64,000 nt of DNA, taken from the IMG/VR virus record IMGVR_UViG_3300046787_000438, positions 88,412-152,411 of that record. One strand, 5' to 3'. The translations under genes and the position numbers were made by a program. This DNA comes from a virus. Positions 1 through 9,514 of the stretch are shown one piece after another. Under the pieces are notes generated by a model. That model had not been told where the DNA came from. It made no database searches and was given only the letters and a program-made list of their open reading frames with translations. Position 1 is the first letter of the stretch. Every line of letters starts with the position of its first letter.

Positions 1-57
1 ACGAGGATAAGAAGAGCGCAAAAGACCTAGTTAAAGAGATCCTTGGAAAGGATAGTC

Positions 58-345
58 ATGGACATTGAGGAATTCAAAGAAGTATCAAAGCCATATTACG
101 GTGAGACATATCAAGTACTTGTAAAAAAGCAGATGGACTATGGGCCATTCAACATTGCTCGCTCGCCTGGTGGCCCGCTTAATGGTCTCCGTGTTCGTAT
201 GCATGACAAGCTAGCTCGTATCAATCACCTGATTGATAGCGGTGCAACCCCTGAAAATGAGAGTTTGCGTGACTCGTTCCTGGATCTAGCTAACTACAGC
301 ATGATTGCAATGATGGTTATTGATGACAAGTGGCCAACTGAGTAA
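58..345 (+). CDS. DUF1599 / nucleotide-modification-associated domain 1-like protein
   Basis: KKQMDYG...LRVRMHDKLARI...ESLRDSFLDLANY pattern; SD GAAAGGA before ATG 58. Confidence 0.75.
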   Translation: MDIEEFKEVSKPYYGETYQVLVKKQMDYGPFNIARSPGGPLNGLRVRMHDKLARINHLIDSGATPENESLRDSFLDLANYSMIAMMVIDDKWPTE

Positions 346-514
346 CGAAGAGGCAGAGAATTTTCGCCAAGAAGGTCGCGAAGAAGTCCTGGACTATTTA
401 GTTGCTAGAGAGATTTTAAACTACAGCAGCTATGATAATGAGTACTTCAAGTATGACTGGAAGTCCGAGCGATTGACTCTATTCCCTTGGCGGAAAGCCG
501 CTAATAAAGATTAG
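320..514 (+). CDS. hypothetical protein
   Basis: ORF overlapping the upstream stop; start uncertain. Confidence 0.5.
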   Translation: MMTSGQLSNEEAENFRQEGREEVLDYLVAREILNYSSYDNEYFKYDWKSERLTLFPWRKAANKD

Positions 515-582
515 CTCTCCAAGGTAAAATTAGTTATAAAGCATCCATTATTGCTACCATGTAGTAGAAAAGATAGAGGAAC

Positions 583-882
583 ATGAGCAGCATTAGAGCC
601 ACGGAAAAGCAGCTTCGTAAGCTTCAGAAGCAACGCCATATGTATGACATTCAGCAGATGATTTTGGCTAATCCTCTACTAAAAAACCTAACTAGTCATG
701 ACCAGAAGGTACTCCAGAAGTTACTATATAAAGCTGAAATGATTGAAGTCTTCATGAGAGATAAGCAGATTGTTCGCGTCAATGAGTCTTTCGATGATAT
801 TATCAATAGCTTCAATGACATGATCAATGATGCCCTAGATGGAGACATTCGTGGCGAAGAAGATGATGACTTTAGGCCTTAA
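583..882 (+). CDS. hypothetical protein
   Basis: ORF with SD GAGGA; GGTAAAAT -10-like element upstream. Confidence 0.65.
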   Translation: MSSIRATEKQLRKLQKQRHMYDIQQMILANPLLKNLTSHDQKVLQKLLYKAEMIEVFMRDKQIVRVNESFDDIINSFNDMINDALDGDIRGEEDDDFRP

Positions 883-1426
883 CTACAGTGTGCTAGCAGA
901 TAGAGTAGTTCTATTTCATAATGCACTTGGTGATTCTTTATTAGTCACTACTATGGCTGACGAGGGAGAATGGCGTAGTAATCAGCGAGACAACTATGAT
1001 GATGGTGTGACTCGCAGATATGAGCAGGATATCGAAATCACTAAGTCTCTTCCTTTTGGAAAATCTGTACTAGAGGACCTAAATATAGTCCTAAAGACCT
1101 ATGCATCCCTAATCAACTCGCCTGCGCATGATGGGCGCGATACCATTGTTGGCGAAATGTGGTTAGCGCACGTATCAAAATATGTTTTGGGAGGGTACAT
1201 AGTACCTCATAGAGATGAAGACTACACGTCTGACAATGGTATCTATACCTGTATTGTCTACTTAAATGAAGACTATACTGGAGGACATGTTGGCTTCACT
1301 GATTTTAATGTAGAGATAAAACCATCTATTGGGGATATACTAATGTTCCCTAGCTACTACATGCACTATGGCACTCCCGTAACGTCAGGAAGTAAATACA
1401 TGGCAATCTCTAGACTTGAATTTTAA
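863..1426 (+). CDS. 2OG-Fe(II) oxygenase (prolyl-4-hydroxylase-like)
   Basis: HRD iron motif, YLNEDYTGG, distal H (MHYG..V.SG.KY); start uncertain. Confidence 0.85.
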   Translation: MMTLGLNYSVLADRVVLFHNALGDSLLVTTMADEGEWRSNQRDNYDDGVTRRYEQDIEITKSLPFGKSVLEDLNIVLKTYASLINSPAHDGRDTIVGEMWLAHVSKYVLGGYIVPHRDEDYTSDNGIYTCIVYLNEDYTGGHVGFTDFNVEIKPSIGDILMFPSYYMHYGTPVTSGSKYMAISRLEF

Positions 1427-1434
1427 CTAAGTAC

Positions 1435-1463
1435 TTGACAAATAGTTTTAAGTGTAGTACTTT
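1435..1463 (+). promoter_or_regulatory. SigA-type promoter
   Basis: TTGACA-17bp-TACTTT. Confidence 0.7.
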
Positions 1464-1491
1464 CTAAATAAGCCTTTAGAAAGGAAACTAA

Positions 1492-2643
1492 ATGAACAAG
1501 GCAATCGCAACACTCTCTGCGGTACTTATTGCCGCTACAACCCTAGTATCTGGCGGAGCTGCTTCGGCAGCACCTATCCAAGAAGCATCTGGGGTTAGCG
1601 CGTACTATCGAGCTGACCTGGGTTACAAAGTGGCTTGGCAGCTACCTTCTGACAAGACTGGCATCACTGGATATGTGGTAACCGCTAACAGCGGGCAGAC
1701 CTGTGCCGTAGTTGGTGGCCTGACTAATACCTGTACTTTTAAAGCCATTCAGCTAGGGTATTCGGGAAGTTTTAACTTTACAGTGTCTACTAAGAGTGGC
1801 GCTAATACTCTAGCAGTCTCTTCAGTATCTAATACCGTGGGGCCTGCTTCTACCCCTACTGCTCCAATTCTACTAACCTCTGAAGCAGCTTCTAGCACCA
1901 TAATCAATGTTGCATGGATTCCTAGCCCTGGTACTGGAAACCTAGACCTGTATGGCTACAAGGTGACTTATTGGAAGTCGGACTTGGTTGGCACCCCTGT
2001 AAATGCGACCAAGATTGTAAAGGTTGTTAGTGAAACTTCTACATCTTTGTCGGTCTCGCCTAAGACGATGTACATCATCGATGTAGCTGCCTGTAACGCG
2101 CTCGGATGTAACTCGACCAACTACTGGTCATACGTGGCTACGGACCCTGCATCTGCTGAAGTTAAGGCTGTAAAGCTCCCTACCATCATTAGTGGTGGCT
2201 CTGCTTCTACTACGTGCTTCGACTCTATCTATGATGCAAACACTGGTGAATCGGCCACTGGTAACTGCGGTTCTGTAGTGGCTAACCCTAGTACTTATCC
2301 AGTGATTAATTCAAGTGCTACTGAGCTAGTGCTCCCTAACCTAGCTACTAAGCTTGCTAACCAGGCTGTACTATCTAACTTCTTGAAGTCTTACTCGCTC
2401 AGGACCTGGGCACCAATTGGTATCCCGTGGTTCGCTAACTTGACTAGTACGAGCAAGTCAACAACTCTAGGCTTCACTACTACTGCCACGGTTAGCTCCT
2501 CTACCCCTGCAATATGTTCTGTGGTTGGAGAAAAGATTATGCTTACTGCAATCGGAACCTGTAAACTTGCTGGGTACGTAGATGGCAATAGTGTATTTAA
2601 ACCAAGCAATACTGCTAGCGCTTCATTTACTGTCACTAATTAG
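1492..2643 (+). CDS. secreted fibronectin type III domain protein
   Basis: signal peptide; two Fn3-like repeats (VAW..P...ITGYVVT; VAW.P...YGYKVTY..Y.I.VAACN); Ig-like C-terminus. Confidence 0.75.
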   Translation: MNKAIATLSAVLIAATTLVSGGAASAAPIQEASGVSAYYRADLGYKVAWQLPSDKTGITGYVVTANSGQTCAVVGGLTNTCTFKAIQLGYSGSFNFTVSTKSGANTLAVSSVSNTVGPASTPTAPILLTSEAASSTIINVAWIPSPGTGNLDLYGYKVTYWKSDLVGTPVNATKIVKVVSETSTSLSVSPKTMYIIDVAACNALGCNSTNYWSYVATDPASAEVKAVKLPTIISGGSASTTCFDSIYDANTGESATGNCGSVVANPSTYPVINSSATELVLPNLATKLANQAVLSNFLKSYSLRTWAPIGIPWFANLTSTSKSTTLGFTTTATVSSSTPAICSVVGEKIMLTAIGTCKLAGYVDGNSVFKPSNTASASFTVTN

Positions 2644-2650
2644 TACGACA

Positions 2651-2691
2651 AAAGAAATCCCCCTAGATTAAAACCTAGGGGGTTTCTCTTT
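2651..2691. terminator. bidirectional intrinsic terminator
   Basis: CCCCCTAG/CTAGGGGG stem flanked by A- and T-rich runs between convergent genes. Confidence 0.75.
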
Positions 2692-2703
2692 ATCTTGTCG
2701 GGA

Positions 2704-3549
2704 TTAGTCTAGGAAAGCCCAAGTCTTAGGACCAACGATACCGTCAACCTTTAGACCATGCTTACTCTGCAGTGCTTCGACTGCTACGTGGGTTTTCTCA
2801 CCAAAGGTTCCATCAACAACAACCTTAAGCTGCTGCTGAATGAACTTAACTGAGTTACCTGTTGCACCTTTCTGAACATAGTGTCCAGGGTATCCAGGGT
2901 TAGAGATAACTACAGGAGCCACTACAGTAGGAGCTGCTGGTGTAGCTTTAGACACTGCCTTCTTCTGTGCAATAACTGCATCGACCTTAGCTGCCTGTGC
3001 TTCGTTGTGCTCTGGTGCATCCTCTACTGGATCGTCATCAGTCGCAACAACTGCAGCTGAAGCGATAGCTTTCTCCTTAGCAATAAGAGCCTTAAAGAAT
3101 GCGATTGGTTCGATGTAGTTCTTACCCATTGCATCCCATGTATGAACCTTGCCGAGACGTAGCTCCCAGTGGAGGTGCTTGCCAGTTGACATACCAGTTG
3201 TGCCCATCTTGCCTAGCATCTGACCTGCTGTGACCTTGTCGCCCTTCTTAACTTTAAGAGAGCCGTCCTTCATGTGAGCATAAAGTGTGGTGTAGAACTT
3301 GCCATCAATCTTGTGTAGAAGGATAACGTAGTTACCGAAGCCACCGCCTGGACTGGTTGACTTCTTTGCCTCTAAAACCTTACCGTCATATGGAGCCTCG
3401 ATGATGCATGGTTCGTGTGGCGACCAGATGTCGGTACCATTGTGGTGCTTCTTTTGCTTGGTGACTGGGTGGATGCGCATACCCATGAGGCTGGTTGCCT
3501 TAAAGTCTTTACCAAGTTTTCCGTCGATTGGATATTGGGCCTTAGCCAT
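2704..3549 (-). CDS. M23 peptidase endolysin with C-terminal peptidoglycan-binding domain
   Basis: HNGTD, LYAH, STGKHLHWE; C-terminal DGTFGEKT...DGIVGPKTW. Confidence 0.9.
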   Translation of the reverse strand: MAKAQYPIDGKLGKDFKATSLMGMRIHPVTKQKKHHNGTDIWSPHEPCIIEAPYDGKVLEAKKSTSPGGGFGNYVILLHKIDGKFYTTLYAHMKDGSLKVKKGDKVTAGQMLGKMGTTGMSTGKHLHWELRLGKVHTWDAMGKNYIEPIAFFKALIAKEKAIASAAVVATDDDPVEDAPEHNEAQAAKVDAVIAQKKAVSKATPAAPTVVAPVVISNPGYPGHYVQKGATGNSVKFIQQQLKVVVDGTFGEKTHVAVEALQSKHGLKVDGIVGPKTWAFLD

Positions 3550-3775
3550 TTTGGCTCCTTTGTATTAGTTTGTTCTTAGCTGTTACGTGGCAAAACTCCC
3601 TCATGTAGGCTCCCGTGAAAGCCGTGAAGTTGATCCTGTACGCATCAGTAGATCGTTGTAATTGTTGGCCCATGCACCATTCTCGGGCTGCCTTTGTAGC
3701 CTGTGCACGAACCTCTTTAGTGTCTGCCTCGAAGCTATACTTCAGGTAGAAAAAAAGGCGGGAGAGTCCTCTCAT
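3542..3775 (-). CDS. hypothetical protein
   Basis: ORF overlapping the endolysin start; GGTAAAAT 5 nt upstream (leaderless). Confidence 0.5.
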   Translation of the reverse strand: MRGLSRLFFYLKYSFEADTKEVRAQATKAAREWCMGQQLQRSTDAYRINFTAFTGAYMREFCHVTAKNKLIQRSQNG

Positions 3776-3807
3776 ACGGTAATTTTACCGCAGAGTTAGA
3801 TAGGTGA

Positions 3808-4845
3808 TTAGATTCCTAGCCAGTACTTGCGCTCTAAGGTCCAGTTGACTGTATTCTTCAAAGACTCATCAAATGGCACTACAGGCAGCCATCCCCACTC
3901 TTCTAGGGTTCCGCGCTCTAATCCGTAACGTAGATCGTGGCCAGGGCGTGTATTCCCGACGTCATTGTATTCCACCCAGTCGCCATCTAGCCCCATGAAT
4001 GACGCAATCAGATTAGCCATCTCGTCATTAGATACTTCGCGCTCGCCACCTACGTGGAAGCGGAGTGGGCGGGAAACCCCTTCAGACTTTCTAAGACTAT
4101 GGCTAGAGGCATTCTTAATTATGTAAGTCAATGCGTCAGCTTGATTGCGAGCGTGTAGGTAAAATCTACTGCCAGATTTCCAGACTCCGTCAATCATCTG
4201 GCCGTGTACTGGCATTTTCTCGCCAGCTAAAAGTTTCTTTATAGTCTTTGGGACGAACTTCTCTGGGTCTTGGCGCTCGCCGATGATGTTCATTGTATTG
4301 GTGATAACAACTGGGACATCGTAGCTTCGCCAGTATGCAATGGAAATTGCTTCCTGAGCTGCCTTAGATGCAGAGTACGGATTAGATGGAAGAATCGAAT
4401 CATACTCTGGATGAGCTGTGCCATTTATTGCTGGACCATATACTTCATCAGTGCTAATTTGAATGAATAAGTCTAGATTTGGTAGTGTGCGTGCATAGTC
4501 AAGCATTGTCGTGACTAGCATTATGTTATTTTCTATGAAATGTCTAGGCTCTTCTAAGCTTCTGTCGACATGAGACTCGGAGGCCATGTTGATAATCACA
4601 TCTACATGACCGATTTCTCTAGCTGTTATAGGGTCTATTGGTGCCACAATATTGTGAGTCAAGATTAATACTCGGTGGCGCTCTGTTGGATTAGCATCTA
4701 GGACTTCGCGTAATCGGGAACTAATGCCCTTATGTCTAAAGCTCTCTAAGCAGACTACCTCCCAGTCTGTAGTCTTTAGGATATGCTCGAGCGTGTGATG
4801 GCCAATAAATCCGCCAGCACCTGTTAGTAGAATTCGCTTCGACAT
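3808..4845 (-). CDS. NAD-dependent sugar dehydratase (RmlB / dTDP-glucose 4,6-dehydratase-like)
   Basis: TGAGGFIG, ASESHVDRS, ISTDEVYG, PSNPYSASK, RPGHDLRY. Confidence 0.9.
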   Translation of the reverse strand: MSKRILLTGAGGFIGHHTLEHILKTTDWEVVCLESFRHKGISSRLREVLDANPTERHRVLILTHNIVAPIDPITAREIGHVDVIINMASESHVDRSLEEPRHFIENNIMLVTTMLDYARTLPNLDLFIQISTDEVYGPAINGTAHPEYDSILPSNPYSASKAAQEAISIAYWRSYDVPVVITNTMNIIGERQDPEKFVPKTIKKLLAGEKMPVHGQMIDGVWKSGSRFYLHARNQADALTYIIKNASSHSLRKSEGVSRPLRFHVGGEREVSNDEMANLIASFMGLDGDWVEYNDVGNTRPGHDLRYGLERGTLEEWGWLPVVPFDESLKNTVNWTLERKYWLGI

Positions 4846-4862
4846 GGTAGGATAAGCCTATC

Positions 4863-5705
4863 ATGAAGACTGCTATTGCCATAGTGTTTGACGCTAACTA
4901 TATAGAGAAAGCGGCAATATTCATTGACTCCCTGTCAGAGAACTATCATGGCAGCGAGAAGCTCGATATTACATGTGTAGTGCCAGAGTATGAATCTAAA
5001 GCTTTTGATGATCTAAAGAAGTTAGTATCAATTACCCCTCGTATTCACTTGATAAAAGTTGTATATCCTAAAGACTTGTCTGACTGGATATCAGGAGCAG
5101 TTAAACAAAGATTCTCTTGGGTACCGTCTATGACCTGGTACCGTCTATTCCTAGGCACGGTATTGCCTGACTATGACAAGGTTATCTACTTTGACGTAGA
5201 TGCCTTGGTTGTGGATAACATTCAACCAATACTTGATCACAAGATGTATAGCCCCTTCATGGCAACGGTTGATGTAACTGGCTTTGAAATTATGTTTCTA
5301 AAATCTCGTGGTGAGCTGCCTAGGCTACATGCTGGAACTCTAATAGCTGATCTTAACTGGTGGAGAGACTCTGGTATTGAGGATGAATTTAGAGCTGCCA
5401 TGGAAGAGTGGGATTTGACACTCGGATCGGATGAGGATCTTCTAAATAGGAATGAAACTATTAGATCTAATTGGACGCTAATCCCTTTCACGTTCAACTT
5501 TCTATTCTTTACGCGAGATGCTTACGGTATTCCAGACTTCGATAGCTCTGAGTCATTACCCTTGTACTACAAACATGCAATCATGATTCACTTTGCTAGT
5601 CAGATAAAACCATGGAACTATAAAAAGATTGTTGGTAAAGAGGATCCTTCTCGTATAGGCGCTGAGTGGCGTAGGCGAGAAGCTTTAATTAAGGCTAGAA
5701 AATAG
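4863..5705 (+). CDS. glycosyltransferase family 8
   Basis: DANY, YRLF, KVIYFDVD, HF..KPW. Confidence 0.85.
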   Translation: MKTAIAIVFDANYIEKAAIFIDSLSENYHGSEKLDITCVVPEYESKAFDDLKKLVSITPRIHLIKVVYPKDLSDWISGAVKQRFSWVPSMTWYRLFLGTVLPDYDKVIYFDVDALVVDNIQPILDHKMYSPFMATVDVTGFEIMFLKSRGELPRLHAGTLIADLNWWRDSGIEDEFRAAMEEWDLTLGSDEDLLNRNETIRSNWTLIPFTFNFLFFTRDAYGIPDFDSSESLPLYYKHAIMIHFASQIKPWNYKKIVGKEDPSRIGAEWRRREALIKARK

Positions 5706-5709
5706 CTAC

Positions 5710-5738
5710 TTGACATAATATCTTGACTATGTTAGGTT
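5710..5738 (+). promoter_or_regulatory. SigA-type promoter, leaderless transcript
   Basis: TTGACA-17bp-TAGGTT, ATG 6 nt downstream. Confidence 0.7.
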
Positions 5739-5744
5739 AAACCT

Positions 5745-6278
5745 ATGACAGTTAAGACAAGAGCCGTTTCGGCAATAATGACAGACATAACTACAATGGG
5801 CGTTGACGCGATTGTAAATGCTGCTAATGAAGATATGGCTGGTGGTGGTGGAGTTGATGGTGCTATCCATCGTGCTGCAGGCCCACTACTTAAGTTAGAG
5901 ACAATCAAACATGCTCCTCTCTATGTAGCTAAGACTGCTATAACTGATGGCTACAATCTAAAGGCGAAGTTTATTGTCCACACGGTTGGACCTAAATATG
6001 GTCATGGTGGTTCTGGTGAGTACCTAGCACTGGAGACTTGCTACCAAAGAGCTATTGTTGCTGCCCACTACAAAGGTGCTAAAAGTGTTGCAATCCCAGC
6101 TATCAGTGCTGGTGTTTATGGATTCCCTAGAGAGCGAGCTGCAAAGATTGCAGTTGAGGCTTCTATTAGGACCGTTGAGTCGCTTGAAGAATTATATGAA
6201 GGTAATGGCCTAGAGGTAATACTTGTTGCATATGACAAAGAAACCCTCGACCTATACCTTAAATATCTAAAGGCATAA
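5745..6278 (+). CDS. macrodomain ADP-ribose hydrolase (YmdB/MacroD-like)
   Basis: DIT..VDAIVNAAN..GGGGVDGAIHRAAG, HTVGP, PAISAGVYGFP. Confidence 0.92.
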   Translation: MTVKTRAVSAIMTDITTMGVDAIVNAANEDMAGGGGVDGAIHRAAGPLLKLETIKHAPLYVAKTAITDGYNLKAKFIVHTVGPKYGHGGSGEYLALETCYQRAIVAAHYKGAKSVAIPAISAGVYGFPRERAAKIAVEASIRTVESLEELYEGNGLEVILVAYDKETLDLYLKYLKA

Positions 6279-6303
6279 GCCGAGGGCTTAGTTGTTAGAT
6301 GGT

Positions 6304-6492
6304 TTAGTCGTCTTCTGGCTTCTCGTAACGAAGTGGGAAGGTGATTACCCAAATCGAAAGTACTACGAGAATAAGGGTTCCAGTTAGTTCTTTGGCTGAG
6401 CCTTCAAGAACGAGCCATGCAACAACCATACCTAGTAAGGTCCATGCCTGGTCAATGATGTCCTTGAATAGGGCTACGAGGAAATTCTTCAT
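6304..6492 (-). CDS. small two-TM membrane protein
   Basis: two hydrophobic helices; coupled to the upstream gene. Confidence 0.7.
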   Translation of the reverse strand: MKNFLVALFKDIIDQAWTLLGMVVAWLVLEGSAKELTGTLILVVLSIWVITFPLRYEKPEDD

Positions 6493-6728
6493 TAGTCTTC
6501 TTCTTTCTTGTTATTATTGTTAGTTGCTTTTGCTCCAAAGTAGCCACCGAGAATACCGATGATTCCACCGAGAGCTGTCTGTACTAGGGTCATAACATCT
6601 GATGAAACTTCTACTGGCTCTCTTGTTGTCTGAGTTTCGATTGCAGCAACCACGTAATCACCAACGATTGCAAATAGAATTGCAAGCATTACGCCAGCTG
6701 CTAGAATCAGCATTGTTTTTTCTTTCAT
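6492..6728 (-). CDS. small two-TM membrane protein (holin-like)
   Basis: two hydrophobic helices, GGYFG, charged tail. Confidence 0.6.
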   Translation of the reverse strand: MKEKTMLILAAGVMLAILFAIVGDYVVAAIETQTTREPVEVSSDVMTLVQTALGGIIGILGGYFGAKATNNNNKKEED

Positions 6729-8644
6729 TACTTAATCTTTCTTGTTGAGGTATTTTCTGAGCGTCGTGAGCCGCCTGATGCGCCTCCGCCTCCGCCCGAG
6801 CTAGCTGCTGCTGAAGTTGCTGCGCCTGCTGCTCCTGTTGCTGCTGCGATAGCTGCGTTACCTGCAACAACTGCTGCAACAACTACCTTCTCTGACTCTT
6901 CACGAACCGCGGGTGCCATGTCAGCGCCAACGTTTGACATGAAGTTAATTGCATCAACGAGGGCTGCAGCACCTGGGATTGCTGCAAGCTCTGGAGAGAT
7001 AACGATGTCATCGGCAGCAGCTGCAATATACAAAGCATCGAGTGCTTGCTCGTATGCTGCTGAGCCCTTCTCTGCTGTCTCGAAGGTTTCGAGTGCTGCA
7101 TCCTTCAAGGCTTCTGCTTGCTTAGGTGATAGGTCAGTGGCTACAATCTCGGTGAGGTCGATCTTCGTTAGAAGTTCGGCGCTGATGATTTCTGGAAGTT
7201 GTTCAGCAGAAGTAATCTCTTCTTCTTTTACAACTGGCGGTTCTGGTTCCACTGGTGTAGGCTCTGGAGTAGGTTCAGGTTCCACGGCTGGTGGTTCTGG
7301 TGCAACGACGGGAGGTTCAGGTGTCGGTTCAACAACAGGTGGTTCAGGTACTACTACTGGCGGTTCTGGTTCCGCTGGTACCGTTGGTTCTGGTGTTGGC
7401 GCTACTGGTGGCTCTGGAGTGGGAGTCGGTGCTGGTGTTGGCTCTGGTTGCGGTTCTGGCGACGGACTTGGTGCTGGAGGCAAAGTTGGCTCTGGCTGTG
7501 GAGTCGGAGTCGGAGTCGGGGTTGGAGTAGGAGTAGGTTCTGGTACTACAACTGGTGGAACTGTAGGGGTAGGTTCTGGAGTTGGAGTAGGTACTGGCAC
7601 TGGTTCATATGCAACTACAAATATAAGAACTTTAACTGTGCCACCTGCTGGATCGCCGTAAATGTTTGACGACTCAATTGTTACAGAAGTCTGCCCACTA
7701 GCTAACTGAGTTAGTTGTGATGAAACTTCAACGCCTCGGGATCCATCATTAGGGTCACCATACCAAGCAGTAATGCTCAAGATACGTTGACCTTCAGGAG
7801 CTACTACTTGAACACTTGAGCCCTCTCCTAGAAGTGTTGCGCCTTCAGGAATATACGGAGCTGAGATAGGTGGAACAGTTGGTTCAGGTGTTGGCTCTGG
7901 AGTTACTACAGGTTCTGGTGTTACAACTGGTTCAGGAGTAGGAGTAGTGGTAGGAGTAGGCTCTACAGTTGGAGTCGGGGTTGGGGTCGGGTCAACTGTG
8001 GGTGCTGGGGTTGGTTCTAGTGTCGGTTCAGGTGTTGGCACAACGGGTTCTGGTGTTAGCACGGGCGGAGTCTCGACCTGAATGACACCATATTCTTCCA
8101 GAGTAACTACCTGACCACTAGTTAAAGTAACGCCAGTTCTTGTCTGACCTTCATAGGTGGGTCCAACAATTGAATAGGAGATAGCAACTGTTCCATCAAC
8201 ATTGATTGCGGCAACAATGTTAATGTTTGTCGGTTCTGTGGCGTTTTGTAGCCAGATAGGTCTGGCGGATATGTCTACTTGGAATCCGCCATCAGAGGCT
8301 GCAATAGTTAAGTGTTCGTCTGCTCGCGCCCAAGGGAACACAACCCAGTCCATCGAGTAGAGCGAGATCGACGGGGTTTGCGGGTAAGTCCAGTATGTTC
8401 CATCGGGACGTCCGAAGGTAATTACAGAGTTTGTTGTAGCAAAAACGTCAGTGTATTGAACTCCGTCAAAAGTTACAGTGGTTGTCAGAGGGATCTGATA
8501 CGAAGAATCATCTCCACCAGGTGTAGTTACTACTACCACTACGGGCTCTACTATGCTATCATCTGCAAAAGCAGTGGTTGCAGCTAGTAAAGGCCACCCT
8601 AGCGCTAACATTAAACTAAGGTATAGTCTGAAATATTTACGCAT
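6728..8644 (-). CDS. secreted/membrane Pro-Thr-Glu-rich surface protein
   Basis: signal peptide, two long PT/PE linkers, lectin-like YGDP..G..K.L segment, Ala/Gly-rich C-terminus with basic tail. Confidence 0.75.
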   Translation of the reverse strand: MRKYFRLYLSLMLALGWPLLAATTAFADDSIVEPVVVVVTTPGGDDSSYQIPLTTTVTFDGVQYTDVFATTNSVITFGRPDGTYWTYPQTPSISLYSMDWVVFPWARADEHLTIAASDGGFQVDISARPIWLQNATEPTNINIVAAINVDGTVAISYSIVGPTYEGQTRTGVTLTSGQVVTLEEYGVIQVETPPVLTPEPVVPTPEPTLEPTPAPTVDPTPTPTPTVEPTPTTTPTPEPVVTPEPVVTPEPTPEPTVPPISAPYIPEGATLLGEGSSVQVVAPEGQRILSITAWYGDPNDGSRGVEVSSQLTQLASGQTSVTIESSNIYGDPAGGTVKVLIFVVAYEPVPVPTPTPEPTPTVPPVVVPEPTPTPTPTPTPTPQPEPTLPPAPSPSPEPQPEPTPAPTPTPEPPVAPTPEPTVPAEPEPPVVVPEPPVVEPTPEPPVVAPEPPAVEPEPTPEPTPVEPEPPVVKEEEITSAEQLPEIISAELLTKIDLTEIVATDLSPKQAEALKDAALETFETAEKGSAAYEQALDALYIAAAADDIVISPELAAIPGAAALVDAINFMSNVGADMAPAVREESEKVVVAAVVAGNAAIAAATGAAGAATSAAASSGGGGGASGGSRRSENTSTRKIK

Positions 8645-8645
8645 A

Positions 8646-8948
8646 TTACTTGTCCCCTAACTCTTCAGCGTTCTTTAGGCGGACAACCTGAGAGAAAATA
8701 GCGTTAACTTCGTCCTGATCGATCTTTCCATCTTCAAGAAATGCGAGTGCAAGTTTCTCTACAACCTTGGCTACCGCTAGTAATCCTCCAAGGGATGCGG
8801 ACAGCCAGACGTCGATACCAATAATAGATCCAGCACCGATAACGGATAGGGCAGACGCGATAAACGTAGCTATAACTCTGTACGAGATGTCAAGAGTTAG
8901 CTTGGCTTTTTTGGTTTTGCTTTTAGGCTTTGATTTAGTGCTAGACAC
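8646..8948 (-). CDS. membrane protein (holin-like)
   Basis: hydrophobic helices followed by DGKID..EVN. Confidence 0.6.
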   Translation of the reverse strand: MSSTKSKPKSKTKKAKLTLDISYRVIATFIASALSVIGAGSIIGIDVWLSASLGGLLAVAKVVEKLALAFLEDGKIDQDEVNAIFSQVVRLKNAEELGDK

Positions 8949-9003
8949 TAGAGGCTCCTGTGTGCTGGATGGCCTCTCCCTGTAACTATTTTACCAGAAA
9001 TGC

Positions 9004-9032
9004 TTGTAAATGACTGTGATTGGGTATATACT
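9004..9032 (+). promoter_or_regulatory. SigA-type promoter for a candidate sRNA
   Basis: TTGTAA-17bp-TATACT. Confidence 0.6.
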
Positions 9033-9038
9033 GTAAGT

Positions 9039-9159
9039 GGTTCATTAAGTGCTCCAATCCATTTTGTGAACTCCTTTCTATTGTGTGCGGAAAGGCGGTC
9101 CAGGAACTTTAGGGTTTATTCATTCCCCTTCTTTCCGCCTGGGCCGCCTTTCTATTTTT
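9039..9159 (+). ncRNA. candidate ~120-nt small RNA
   Basis: promoter, no plausible gene, 15-bp stem (9090-9104/9138-9152) followed by a T tract. Confidence 0.45.
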
Positions 9160-9178
9160 GGGGGTATACTCTAAAACT

Positions 9179-9493
9179 ATGGATGAAGAGTATGAAATAG
9201 AGGTTCCTATTGAGCGGGAGCCTGTCGAGGGCTACGCTACCCCTAGTGACATCCAAAGGATTAGAGCTGAGTTCCTATCTGAATGGCTTAAGAGATGGGA
9301 AGGTATCTATATCTCTGAACGTAAGATACTTGAAGTATTTGGGGCTATGGGAATGACTATTGAGCTAGATGATCGTAATGGGGCTACTGCAATGGAAGCT
9401 CTTAAATACCTTGACTATGAGATAGATTCTGATAGTATCGATCCTATAAGCTTGGCTAGATATAAAATTAGCCGAGACAAAAAGAAGTACTAG
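9179..9493 (+). CDS. hypothetical protein (leaderless)
   Basis: TATACT just upstream of ATG 9179. Confidence 0.65.
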   Translation: MDEEYEIEVPIEREPVEGYATPSDIQRIRAEFLSEWLKRWEGIYISERKILEVFGAMGMTIELDDRNGATAMEALKYLDYEIDSDSIDPISLARYKISRDKKKY

Positions 9494-9514
9494 GAAAGAA
9501 TAAAAGGAGAGAAC

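Noticed and set aside
6918-7669. Long + strand ORFs (247, 156 and 79 aa)
   Set aside because: Antisense shadows of the Pro/Thr repeats of the minus-strand gene 6728-8644.
9000-9200. 66-aa ORF and the minus-strand mini-ORF MDWST
   Set aside because: The 66-aa ORF begins upstream of the promoter and spans a terminator. The 5-codon ORF has a good SD but no evident promoter, so it is kept only as an alternative to the sRNA model.
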